Shown here piece by piece: positions 49,292-58,794 of a stretch of 64,000 nt of DNA. The notes below the pieces were generated by a model, which worked only from the letters and a program-made list of their open reading frames with translations, was not told the origin of the DNA and did not search any database. The translations under genes were made by a program, and so were the position numbers. Within the stretch, counting starts at the first letter, position 1. Each line of letters begins with the position of its first letter. The stretch is from an uncultured Capnocytophaga sp. (GTDB taxonomy: Bacteria; Bacteroidota; Bacteroidia; Flavobacteriales; Flavobacteriaceae), in NCBI GenBank assembly GCA_963523735.1, contig CAUREJ010000003.1:1086-65085 (forward strand). Direction: 5' to 3'.

Positions 49292-51411
49292 ACTACACTG
49301 CTATAAAAAATAGTATGCTTGTCTTGTGGGGGGTGCTTACCTCAGCTGCTTGGGCGCAAAACAATAAAGATGAAAAGGTTATCCATCTTGACGAGGTGGT
49401 AGTGTCTGGGCAAATAGAACCTCAGTCGGTAAAAAAGTCAGTGAAGAATGTACAAGTCATTACCAATGAGCAGATAAAAGGCGTGGGGGCTACTCATTTA
49501 GGCGAGGTGCTTAACCAGTATGTAAACCTCAATATCCTCCCTGATGAAGGCAGTGGCAAGCAAAAGATTTCACTCTATGGCTTAGGGGCTAACTACTTTA
49601 AGGTCTTTATAGATAACGTGCCATTGGTCAGTGAGGACGGCTTAGGGGTTAATACCGACCTTTCGCAGATAAATGTAGATGATATTGAGCGTATCGAAAT
49701 AGTCGAAGGGGCGATGGGCGTAACTCACGGTGCCAATGCCGTAACAGGTATAATGAACATCATCACTAAGAAAAAAGCAACTAATAAGTGGGATATTACC
49801 TATTCACTTCAGGAAGAAACCCTTTCGCGTGAGTATAATTTTCTGAATAAAGGCAAGCATTATCTCAATTTCCGAGCTGCTACCAATCTCTCCAAACGTT
49901 GGTTTGCCTCAGTAGGTATGAACCGCAATAACTTCAATGGCTTTTGGGGCAAGTACAAAGGCAAAAACTACGCTGGTATCGATGGGCTGCGCGGCTTTGA
50001 GCGCCAACCTTATTTTCTGTATCAAACCAATGTGATGACTACCTATCAGGGCGATAACTATAAGCTAATTTATCGCTTCGAGTATATGCGTAATCAGTAC
50101 AATACTTTCGACCGCACTGCCGAACGCACCTATAGCCCTCGTTATGGTGATTATACTTTTGGCAATGACCAACGTGATTATTACGCACGCCAAAGCCATC
50201 AGCTTAACCTCAATGGGGCGTTTAGCCAGTTAAAGTATAACTTCACCGCCTCTTACCAGTACCAAGAGCGCGCTACCGAAACCTTCCGCTACCTTATCGA
50301 TTATCATCACGAAATCAATAATGAGCGAAGGCGTAACCAGTCTATGGACGTGTTTTACTCATCGGGCTACCTCAGTGGGGCTTTGGCTAAGAAAAAATAC
50401 CAGTGGCAAGTAGGGTATGAGGCAGTGCGCAATCAGGGCTATGCTATCATCCGTGATGAAGGCTCTACCGAAAAGTTTGTCGATAAAGCCATTGATAATT
50501 ATGACCTTTACGCTTCTGTCGAAGCCAATATCACCCCAAAGTTCTCTGTCCGTCCTGGAGCGCGTTATTCTATACAGCGTTTGTTTAATAACCAATACGC
50601 CTATTCCTTGGGGGCGCGCTATGTGTTGCCTGCCAATGTAGAGTTACGGGGCTCCGTAGGGCAAGCCTATCGCACGCCTAACTTTCAGGAGTTGTATGTG
50701 CGCAATGTCTTTATAGGGCACATCTTTTTAGGTAATGAAAACTTAGTACCCGAGCGCAGCTTCTCTACCGAACTCAATGCCAAAAAGGTATTCGTTTTTG
50801 GCGAAAATGCCGCCGCCCAACTCACCAGTAACTTAGCGTTTAGCCACAATCGCATATACGATAAGATTGATAACATACTGTTGGAATTGCAAGGAGGTAT
50901 GCCTCACACCCAATACCTAAATGTCAGCCGTTTTCTCAATAACAATATTATTACCACCCATAGGTTTGTATGGGGTAATTGGGGGGCTACCTTAGGAGGA
51001 GCTTTTGTATGGGTATCGCAAACCGACGATGTGTCCAAGATAAAAAAAGACGACCGTTTCCTGCTGAACATCAATGCCAATGCAGGACTTGCCTATCAGT
51101 TTCCCAAAACTAACACTGTGCTAACTGCCAATTATAAGTTCGTCGGCAAATCGCAAATGTGGATGGCTACTACCGATGGGGCAGCACTCGGCACCCTTTC
51201 ACCCTATGGCTGGGTCGATGCTTCCCTCCAACAATCCTTTTGGAAAAAGCGTATCGATTTTACGTTGGGCTGCCGCAATGTGCTTAATGTAGTCAATACC
51301 ACCCTTACTCAAACATCGTTATTGGGTATAATTACCCAGCGTGATTACCCTATCGCCAATGGGCGTATGTTTTACTTCAAACTCTCTTATAATCTGAATA
51401 TTAAATATTAA
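49288..51411 (+). CDS. TonB-dependent receptor (HmuR-like, heme/iron)
   Basis: LDEVVVSG TonB box, IERIEIVEG plug, YRTPNFQELY and NENLVPE (FRAP/NPNL-like). Confidence 0.88.
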   Translation: MNYTAIKNSMLVLWGVLTSAAWAQNNKDEKVIHLDEVVVSGQIEPQSVKKSVKNVQVITNEQIKGVGATHLGEVLNQYVNLNILPDEGSGKQKISLYGLGANYFKVFIDNVPLVSEDGLGVNTDLSQINVDDIERIEIVEGAMGVTHGANAVTGIMNIITKKKATNKWDITYSLQEETLSREYNFLNKGKHYLNFRAATNLSKRWFASVGMNRNNFNGFWGKYKGKNYAGIDGLRGFERQPYFLYQTNVMTTYQGDNYKLIYRFEYMRNQYNTFDRTAERTYSPRYGDYTFGNDQRDYYARQSHQLNLNGAFSQLKYNFTASYQYQERATETFRYLIDYHHEINNERRRNQSMDVFYSSGYLSGALAKKKYQWQVGYEAVRNQGYAIIRDEGSTEKFVDKAIDNYDLYASVEANITPKFSVRPGARYSIQRLFNNQYAYSLGARYVLPANVELRGSVGQAYRTPNFQELYVRNVFIGHIFLGNENLVPERSFSTELNAKKVFVFGENAAAQLTSNLAFSHNRIYDKIDNILLELQGGMPHTQYLNVSRFLNNNIITTHRFVWGNWGATLGGAFVWVSQTDDVSKIKKDDRFLLNINANAGLAYQFPKTNTVLTANYKFVGKSQMWMATTDGAALGTLSPYGWVDASLQQSFWKKRIDFTLGCRNVLNVVNTTLTQTSLLGIITQRDYPIANGRMFYFKLSYNLNIKY

Positions 51412-51434
51412 ATATTAAATATCTTACTATCTAT

Positions 51435-52637
51435 ATGAAAAAAATAATTCTATCACTCAGTATGGCAGCCCTTATGTTCACCGCTTGCCAAAAAGAATCA
51501 GAACCCGAAAAGAAACTGCCAGAAGGCAATGGTACCCAAACTAATACTACCGAACAAGGTACTGCCTCAGGTACGCTTAGTGTAAAACCACTAACCCCTA
51601 TTACTATACAAGCTGAGGTAGGAGGTCCCAATGAGCCTAACCAAGTGTATATCGACCTTTCTACCGGCAAGGCTATCGCAGTAAAACGTGATACGTGGCA
51701 CTTAGCCTTCTACTGTGGCGATGACGATTTCAGAGTCCTCATAAACCCCGCTATTGCAATGTCAGCACAAGCACAAGAAAGTACTGATATAACTAAACGC
51801 ATCGCTCACGACGATTCTATGTTGCTCAATACCGACCCTACTAAACCTTCTGCTAATCATAGCGTTACCCGTCATTTAATCGACGACCCTCGCGGTTTGC
51901 TAAAACCTATCAGTGGGCAACCGGGTACAGGTACTGCTATTGAGGCTATCTCAGCCAATGACGATGAAAACAAGGTATATCTACTTAGTATGGGCTTCGC
52001 TATCAGCGATAAAGCTCCTATAAAAGGTAGTGTTAATCTCTTGGGGGCTCATAATGGTTGGGGCAAGGTGCGTATCACTCGTGAAGGCAATGCCTACAAA
52101 GTACAGTATGCTAAAAATACAGTTACAAATAAAAAAGAAATTAAAACTTTCACTGTTAGAAAAGACCCTGCTTATAACTTTGTGTATTTAAATCTTGAGT
52201 CAGGACAAATGGTGCAAGTAACCCCTAAGAAAAAAGACTGGGATATATGCTATACTACTACTACCGGTTGGCTTACTCAACAATATAATGCACAAAATAC
52301 CGTGACTTTCTATCCTGATATTATTGTTACTAACCTACACGGAGGTACAAGAGCTACTTTCTTCGCTCTTGCCGCTTCATTAGAAGAAAGAGATAAATTC
52401 TATAGCCAATATACCTTAGAAAAAGCTAAGAAATTAGATCTTTCTAAACCTAAATACGAAACCCAAATAGTAATTGGTAAAAACTGGCGCGATATGATTA
52501 ACGGGGGAATTATCCGCAATACTTATTTCGCTATTCAAGACGGAGATGGTAACTTCTTTAAGCTCAAAATAAAAGCCTTTAAAAATGATGCTGGTGAGCG
52601 TGGTTACCCTGTTTTTGAATACGAATTGCTTAAATAA
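51435..52637 (+). CDS. hmuY: HmuY-family heme-binding lipoprotein
   Basis: Lipobox FTAC; GGPNEPNQVYIDLS, WHLAF, WDICYT, GERGYPVFEYELL. Confidence 0.82.
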   Translation: MKKIILSLSMAALMFTACQKESEPEKKLPEGNGTQTNTTEQGTASGTLSVKPLTPITIQAEVGGPNEPNQVYIDLSTGKAIAVKRDTWHLAFYCGDDDFRVLINPAIAMSAQAQESTDITKRIAHDDSMLLNTDPTKPSANHSVTRHLIDDPRGLLKPISGQPGTGTAIEAISANDDENKVYLLSMGFAISDKAPIKGSVNLLGAHNGWGKVRITREGNAYKVQYAKNTVTNKKEIKTFTVRKDPAYNFVYLNLESGQMVQVTPKKKDWDICYTTTTGWLTQQYNAQNTVTFYPDIIVTNLHGGTRATFFALAASLEERDKFYSQYTLEKAKKLDLSKPKYETQIVIGKNWRDMINGGIIRNTYFAIQDGDGNFFKLKIKAFKNDAGERGYPVFEYELLK

Positions 52638-52756
52638 TTCAATCGTACTAAATTTATTTCAGATTTCACATTAGAGTCTGTTGTGTATAGGTTGAGCGAA
52701 AGATAAAGCTTTTACTCACCCTAACAACTAATGACTAATAACTAACAATAAAAAAA

Positions 52757-55700
52757 GTGTTTAAAAAGAATATTTTACTAATTTTGTGCCTTACTTGGGC
52801 TATAGGGCTACAAGCACAAACCTATTGGAAACAAGCTGCCTTAAGCAGTCGCGATAATGAGGCTACTACGGCACACCACCAGGAGTATACCCTTAATAAG
52901 AAAGCCTTTGCCAATGCACTGCATAATGCTACCGCGCGTAGCAGTGCCAGCGAGGTAGTAATCAAACTCCCTAATGCTAAGGGCGAACTCGAATCTTTCC
53001 GCGTGCGAAAAACCAGCGTACTCTCCGATGAGTTAGCAGCGCGCTACCCACAGATAGAAACCTATGCAGGCTACTCACTTTCACAACCCGATAAAGAGGT
53101 AGCCTTTACATGGTCGCCCGAAGTGGGACTTTCGGCTATGTTCGATGACAATACCGAGTACGCTTTTGTACAGCCCACCAATCGCAGTGGGGTGAAGCAC
53201 ATCGCCTATCAGCGCAGTGCTTCGGTAGAGCATTTTACTTTTGACTGTGGTACAAGGGCGCGCGTTAAAGCCGCCGCTGCCGCTACCCCTGCTTCAGTAA
53301 CCCAGCGTACTACGGGCAACCTTTTTGCTACGGAACCTACCCTGCGCACCATACGCATAGCTATCGCCGCTACCAGTGATTATACCACGCGTTTCGGTAA
53401 CCAAGAGCGCGCTCTTGCCGCTATCGTTTCTACCGTACAGCGCGCTAATCAGGTGTATCGTACCCAGATGTCTATCCAATTCCAATTAGTAACAGGGGTC
53501 GAAACTATTATCAAAAACCGCAAAGACGACCCTTTCCGCAACAATATGCGCGCCGAAACGTGGAATGGTGAATCCCTACAAAAGTTCTTAGACGAGAAAG
53601 TAGGCGATGCTAATTACGATGTGGGACACGTATTTCACCACACCAAGCAACCCAATGGTAATGCCGGCTGTATAGGCTGTATATGCGAAAAAGATGAAAA
53701 AGGACGCGCTTTCTCTGCTGGCGACCTTTCTAACAGTGTAGAAAAAGACGTGTTCGACATCGATTTCTTCTGCCACGAACTCGGGCACCAAATGGGGGCT
53801 AACCACGTGCATAACCTCAATAACGAAAATACAGGCGCACAAGTAGAACCCGGTAGTGGCTCTACCATTATGGGCTATGCCGGTATATCGGGGGTTAATA
53901 ACGTACAAAGGCGTTCAGACCCTTACTTTAACCACGTAAGTGTCGAGCAGATAATGAAGCACATCACAGCAACTACTTGTCCGGTCAAAGCTCCTATTGC
54001 TAACTCGCTGCCTGTGATAGGTGAGCTTAATGATTATACCATTCCGCGCAGTACCGCCTACCATTTAGTAGGTACCGCTACCGACCCCGATGGTGATATA
54101 TTGTACTATACGTGGGAGCAGCATAACAGCCCCCAGCCTGGGCGCATCACCGTCACTTCCGATAACTTTGCCGATAATTTAACCGAAGGCCCTATGGCGC
54201 GTTCACTACGACCCAGCCGCTCTAATGAACGCTACATACCACGCCTTTCTCAGATATTGGAAGGCAAACTGAGTGAGCGCAACCCAGGTGTGAACTCTAC
54301 TTGGGAAACGGTTAGCAGTGTGAAGCGCACCCTCAAATGGGCATTCGTAGTAATGGATAAAAGTCTTGGCAAACGTGACGAACGCGAAACCGATGTAAGC
54401 ACCGGTAATACCGTCTATGCAGGAGTAAAGATAAATGTAACCAACAATGCTGGCCCCTTCGAGGTTACCTCACAAGCCAGAAAAAGCTATTGGTTTATAG
54501 GTAAAACCCATACTATAACTTGGAATGTAGCCGATACCGACAAAGGGGAAGTAAATACCCAAAAGGTAAATATTCTTTTTGCTCTTGATGGGCAGACCTT
54601 TACCCACACCCTCGCTACCAATATACCTAATAATGGTAGCTATACCTTTACCGTTACCCCCGACCTCGCCACTGCCAACGGGCGCTTTATGATTCGCCCT
54701 GTCGATAATATCTACTTAGCAGTGAATCTCGGCAAGATAATAGTAAAAACCGATGCCGACCTCGATGGCGACGGTATAGCCGATAGCGTCGATAACTGTA
54801 TAGAAAAACCCAACCCCGACCAAGCCGACCTTGACGGCGATGGAATAGGCGATGAGTGCGATGAAGACATCGATGGCGATGGCGTAAACAACGTTACCGA
54901 TAACTGCCCCCGTACTAAGAATACCAATCAGAAAGATACCGATAAAGACGGTATGGGCGATGCCTGTGATGACGATGCCGATGGCGATGGTATCCCTAAC
55001 GACCGCGATAACTGCCCGTACCACGCTAACCCCGACCAAAAAGACTCTGACGGCGATGGCATAGGCGACATCTGTAGTGGCGACCGCGACCTCGATAAGA
55101 TACCCGATGAAAAAGATAACTGCCCCGATATGGTTAATCCCGACCAAAAAGACCTTGATAAAGACGGTATAGGCGATATATGCGATGACGACCGCGATGG
55201 CGACGGTATCCCTAATGACCGCGATAACTGCCCCGATTACTCTAATCCCGACCAAGCCGATACCGACCATGATCTTATAGGCGATGCTTGCGACCCCGAT
55301 ATAGATAATGACGGTATTCCTAACGAAAAGGATAACTGCCCCTTCGTGAAGAACCCTTCGCAAAAAGACCTCGATAAAGACGGTATAGGCGATGCCTGCG
55401 ATGACGATGTAGATGGTGACGGAGTGCCTAATGACAAGGATAACTGCCCCGAAACCTATAACCCCGACCAAGCCGATACCGACCGCGATGGCATAGGCGA
55501 TGCCTGTGATACCGATGCCGATGGTGATGGATTGCCTAATGATAAAGATGACGACCATCAAACCGTCTTAATCCCTAATGCCTTTACCCCCAATGGCGAT
55601 GGCGTAAACGATACCTTTGTCATACACCGCATATCGTTCTATCCTAACAATGTCTTACAGGTCTTCACCCGCGAAGGGCAATTAGTATATGAAGCACGTG

Positions 55701-55825
55701 GCTATTACAACCGGTGGAAAGGCTTAGGCTTAGACGGTCAGAAGTTGCCACAAGGCTACTATTTCTATAAGTTTACCATTAAAAACAAACGTACCCAACA
55801 GGGGTGGTTATTCATTAATTATTAA
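52757..55825 (+). CDS. Reprolysin-like (metzincin) zinc metalloprotease with TSP3 repeats and type B T9SS C-terminal domain
   Basis: [41 protein letters not shown] repeats, [16 protein letters not shown]. Confidence 0.92.
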   Translation: MFKKNILLILCLTWAIGLQAQTYWKQAALSSRDNEATTAHHQEYTLNKKAFANALHNATARSSASEVVIKLPNAKGELESFRVRKTSVLSDELAARYPQIETYAGYSLSQPDKEVAFTWSPEVGLSAMFDDNTEYAFVQPTNRSGVKHIAYQRSASVEHFTFDCGTRARVKAAAAATPASVTQRTTGNLFATEPTLRTIRIAIAATSDYTTRFGNQERALAAIVSTVQRANQVYRTQMSIQFQLVTGVETIIKNRKDDPFRNNMRAETWNGESLQKFLDEKVGDANYDVGHVFHHTKQPNGNAGCIGCICEKDEKGRAFSAGDLSNSVEKDVFDIDFFCHELGHQMGANHVHNLNNENTGAQVEPGSGSTIMGYAGISGVNNVQRRSDPYFNHVSVEQIMKHITATTCPVKAPIANSLPVIGELNDYTIPRSTAYHLVGTATDPDGDILYYTWEQHNSPQPGRITVTSDNFADNLTEGPMARSLRPSRSNERYIPRLSQILEGKLSERNPGVNSTWETVSSVKRTLKWAFVVMDKSLGKRDERETDVSTGNTVYAGVKINVTNNAGPFEVTSQARKSYWFIGKTHTITWNVADTDKGEVNTQKVNILFALDGQTFTHTLATNIPNNGSYTFTVTPDLATANGRFMIRPVDNIYLAVNLGKIIVKTDADLDGDGIADSVDNCIEKPNPDQADLDGDGIGDECDEDIDGDGVNNVTDNCPRTKNTNQKDTDKDGMGDACDDDADGDGIPNDRDNCPYHANPDQKDSDGDGIGDICSGDRDLDKIPDEKDNCPDMVNPDQKDLDKDGIGDICDDDRDGDGIPNDRDNCPDYSNPDQADTDHDLIGDACDPDIDNDGIPNEKDNCPFVKNPSQKDLDKDGIGDACDDDVDGDGVPNDKDNCPETYNPDQADTDRDGIGDACDTDADGDGLPNDKDDDHQTVLIPNAFTPNGDGVNDTFVIHRISFYPNNVLQVFTREGQLVYEARGYYNRWKGLGLDGQKLPQGYYFYKFTIKNKRTQQGWLFINY
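54752..55555 (+). repeat. Thrombospondin type 3 (Ca-binding) coding repeats
   Basis: About 36-aa DNCP/DGIGD units. Confidence 0.9.
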
Positions 55826-55836
55826 TACCTATTTTC

Positions 55837-56724
55837 TTGATGAAAAAACTAATACTATCAGTTTTGCTCTTGAGTGCTGCCATTGGCAGTGCTCAGGAAG
55901 CAAACTATATATTCTATAATCAGTTTCAGAATATAGTAAACCCCGCCGCTATAGGGGCAGGAAGTAATCATACCGTCGGGCTACACCTGCGCTACCAGTG
56001 GGCAAAAAGCAACTCGTCCGATAATCCCCAGCAGCAAACCCTCAATACTACCCACCACCTCTCTAACAGCGTAAGGGTAGGAGCATCGGTAGTCCGAGAA
56101 AAAGTTTTTGTACAGCAGCAAACAGCCTTGTACGCCGATTTTGCTTATGTGCTACCCCTTACCCCTACCGATAACCTTTATTTAGGCATCAAAGCAGGTG
56201 GAAACTTCTTTAATATAGACGGCACACGCTTCAAAACCTATAATGAACAGTATGACCCCTATCTACAAGGTATATCAAGTAAGTTCCAACCCAATGTAGG
56301 GGTAGGGGCTTATTATGAGCAACCCAGCTTCTATGTAGGGCTATCAGCCCCCAACCTATTGGCATCTAATAAAACCAAAGTAGAGAACGAAGTAGTAACC
56401 TCAGTAGCCCAGCGCATCAGCTTTTATGCACAAGCAGGCTATTTCTATCCCCTCACTGCCGATTTTACCCTAAGTCCACGAGCGCAAGCCTATATCAATC
56501 AAGACGAGAACTATCAGCTCAACGCCTCGGCTGCGGTGCTGTACCGTGATTTTTTAGAAGGAGCTTTAGGTTACCGCTCCGATAGTGCCATAAATATATG
56601 TGCGCTTTTCAAAGTCCCCAAGTACCACCTATCCGTAGGCTATGGCTTTGAAACCAATGTCGATAGCAGTGTAGGGGCAAGCGTGCGTAACTTTCACGAG
56701 TTTATGCTAAAAGTAAATTGGTAA
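55837..56724 (+). CDS. PorP/SprF-family T9SS membrane protein
   Basis: IVNPAAIG, RYQW, PNVGVG, GLSAPNLL, HEFML; directly follows a type B CTD gene. Confidence 0.9.
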   Translation: MMKKLILSVLLLSAAIGSAQEANYIFYNQFQNIVNPAAIGAGSNHTVGLHLRYQWAKSNSSDNPQQQTLNTTHHLSNSVRVGASVVREKVFVQQQTALYADFAYVLPLTPTDNLYLGIKAGGNFFNIDGTRFKTYNEQYDPYLQGISSKFQPNVGVGAYYEQPSFYVGLSAPNLLASNKTKVENEVVTSVAQRISFYAQAGYFYPLTADFTLSPRAQAYINQDENYQLNASAAVLYRDFLEGALGYRSDSAINICALFKVPKYHLSVGYGFETNVDSSVGASVRNFHEFMLKVNW

Positions 56725-56740
56725 TCTTTTAAAAGAAGAA

Positions 56741-57796
56741 GTGATGAAACAACTGTTATTCATAGCAGTGGCAGTCTTATCGGCGTGGCACTGCGCCAAA
56801 GAAGATACTCCTCAAGAACCTAAAAAGGAGGAGAAGCCTACAGTAGCAGCCTATCAACTCAGTGACGATAAGGAAACCCTACTCAAGTGGCTCGATACCG
56901 CTACTACAACCCTCAACCTCAGTACACACCCCGCACTAAAACGAATTACAGTAGTAGGCAAAGAAGCGTTTAAAGGTACGCCTATAGTGAGTATCACCCT
57001 ACCTAATACGATAGAGAAAATAGAAGAAAAAGCTTTTGAGGGCTGCACTTCGCTCACTACGGTTACCCTGCCTCAGAACCCCAATTTTAGAACAATAGCC
57101 CTAAGTACTTTTGAAGGCTGTAACCATCTCACCCAAATAGATATACCCGATTCAGTAAAAGAGATAGAAAAGTTCGCTTTTGCCGATGCCAATCTTACCG
57201 AAATAAAATTCCCAGCAGAGCTTTTTGAAATCAAAGAACAAGCTTTTGCAGGCAATCCCAATTTAAAGCATATAACCCTACCTAAAACTATTTCGCACAT
57301 CAGCACAGGGGCTTTTATGCAAACAGGATTGCAGACGGTTACCCTTAACGGCACAGAGCCACCCCGCCTATCTTTTCCCAAAGGCGATGTCCAGTTGCAA
57401 CGCAAAGGAGCTCCTTTCCCCTTTGAAACCCTTGTCGATATAGTCGTACCCCGTGAAGCCACTAATACCTATCGTGTCGAAAAAGCCGATTGGACACCTT
57501 ATAAGCGTTATATTAACAGAAAAATAGCCTTTACCCCCCTTCGGTTAGAGAAAACAGAAGTAACAGTAAAGGAAGGAGAGATACAAGTCTTCTCTATATA
57601 CGGAAGTAAGCGTTACAAAATACCGCAAACCAAAGATAGTGAAACCATAGCCATAGTTGGCTCCCCCGATCAAGATGCTAATAATGTAACTCGTATAGCT
57701 GTAAAAGGACTCAAAGAAGGTACTTTCACCTGTACCATCATCGATGTCATAAGTGATCAAGAAGCACAGCTAAAAGTAACGGTAGTTAAAAAGTAG
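56741..57796 (+). CDS. BspA/LRR_5 lipoprotein with C-terminal Ig-like domain
   Basis: AWHC lipobox; YQLSDDKETLLKW cap; IEEKAFEGCTSL repeats. Confidence 0.85.
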   Translation: MMKQLLFIAVAVLSAWHCAKEDTPQEPKKEEKPTVAAYQLSDDKETLLKWLDTATTTLNLSTHPALKRITVVGKEAFKGTPIVSITLPNTIEKIEEKAFEGCTSLTTVTLPQNPNFRTIALSTFEGCNHLTQIDIPDSVKEIEKFAFADANLTEIKFPAELFEIKEQAFAGNPNLKHITLPKTISHISTGAFMQTGLQTVTLNGTEPPRLSFPKGDVQLQRKGAPFPFETLVDIVVPREATNTYRVEKADWTPYKRYINRKIAFTPLRLEKTEVTVKEGEIQVFSIYGSKRYKIPQTKDSETIAIVGSPDQDANNVTRIAVKGLKEGTFTCTIIDVISDQEAQLKVTVVKK

Positions 57797-57898
57797 AACC
57801 CTATTCACTAACCAATAAAAGCATACCAACAGCCAAGCCGTTATTTTTAAGGAAAAGCTTATTTTCTTCTAAGTCGAATTTATAAAAAATTCATTTAT

Positions 57899-57930
57899 GC
57901 CCCCAGCAGTAACAAATCTGTTTGGGGGCT
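57899..57930 (+). terminator. Hairpin downstream of the surface locus
   Basis: GCCCCCAG..CAG / CTG..TGGGGGC. Confidence 0.55.
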
Positions 57931-58028
57931 ATCTTATTTCATATCCCCTCACAGCACCTTTCCTCTAACCCTACTAATTTTCCCATTTGCTACTTCCCCC
58001 GAACCAATCTCAAATCTACACCGAAGCT

Positions 58029-58061
58029 ACAGTGGCTCCACAGTGGCTCCACAGTGGCTCC
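58029..58061 (+). repeat. 3 x 11-bp perfect tandem repeat ACAGTGGCTCC
   Basis: Directly visible. Confidence 0.9.
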
Positions 58062-58572
58062 ACACTATAAGATGAGTGCAGGGAAAGCTATAAGTTAGAG
58101 ACTTACTATATAGATATAGTATGCAGTACATTTCACTATAATACCTATCACTGCCACATCCTGAAAACTAAAAAAATCTATGCAAAAGTTTTGCGTATAG
58201 AAAAAAGAATTGTACATTTGCGGCAGAAAATATTTAGAAAAAAGCGTAAAAAACTCATCAAAAACGACTGTTTTAGAACAAATAGAAGTAGATGTATAAG
58301 GCTTTTTAAACAAAGAAACTAAGTTGTTTTCAATGAACGATATTTTCAAGTGAACTTACCTTTTTTTATTGAAATTTTGTAATTTAATTTAGTTAAAACA
58401 AAGAAGATACAGAAGTTACAAGAAGATTAGGTAACGATTTAGTAATAGTTCTTATTTCATTTGATTACGCCTGTTTTTTTAGTAACTTTTAGGTGTAAAG
58501 GCACAATATTTTAACAATATAACTAAAAAACTTTTATAGCTTTACTCTATATTTTCAAAAAACAGAATAAAA

Positions 58573-58604
58573 TTTGGTAAATTAGAAAAATAGGTGTAAC
58601 TTTG
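58573..58604 (+). promoter_or_regulatory. Bacteroidetes promoter (TTTG ... TAACTTTG) for the FtsK operon; a second candidate lies at 58190-58220
   Basis: Matches the -33/-7 consensus. Confidence 0.6.
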
Positions 58605-58794
58605 CGTCTTTAGATGTAGTTTAAACTTTTATGGGTTGACTAGTCTTAGCAGAAAGTCCACAGATCTAATTTAAAGACCCTATCTATTGCAAATAGGATT
58701 AAAGATGTAAGAATATTTGACACATGATAAGCATAGCCAAAAAAGTAATCTGTCTACATTGGAAATTTTATGCTTACTATTAAAAAAAAAACAA

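Noticed and set aside
54716..55561. 281-aa hydrophobic minus-strand ORF
   Set aside because: Antisense shadow of Asp-rich TSP3 repeats.
57797..58794. WXG100 gene upstream of the FtsK ATPase; ORF 58095-58349
   Set aside because: No suitable + strand ORF of about 100 aa with WxG; the minus-strand ORF looks like spurious AT-rich sequence.
58717..58794. TTG-start N-terminal extension of the FtsK ATPase
   Set aside because: ATG at 58795 after an A-rich leader fits Bacteroidetes initiation better.
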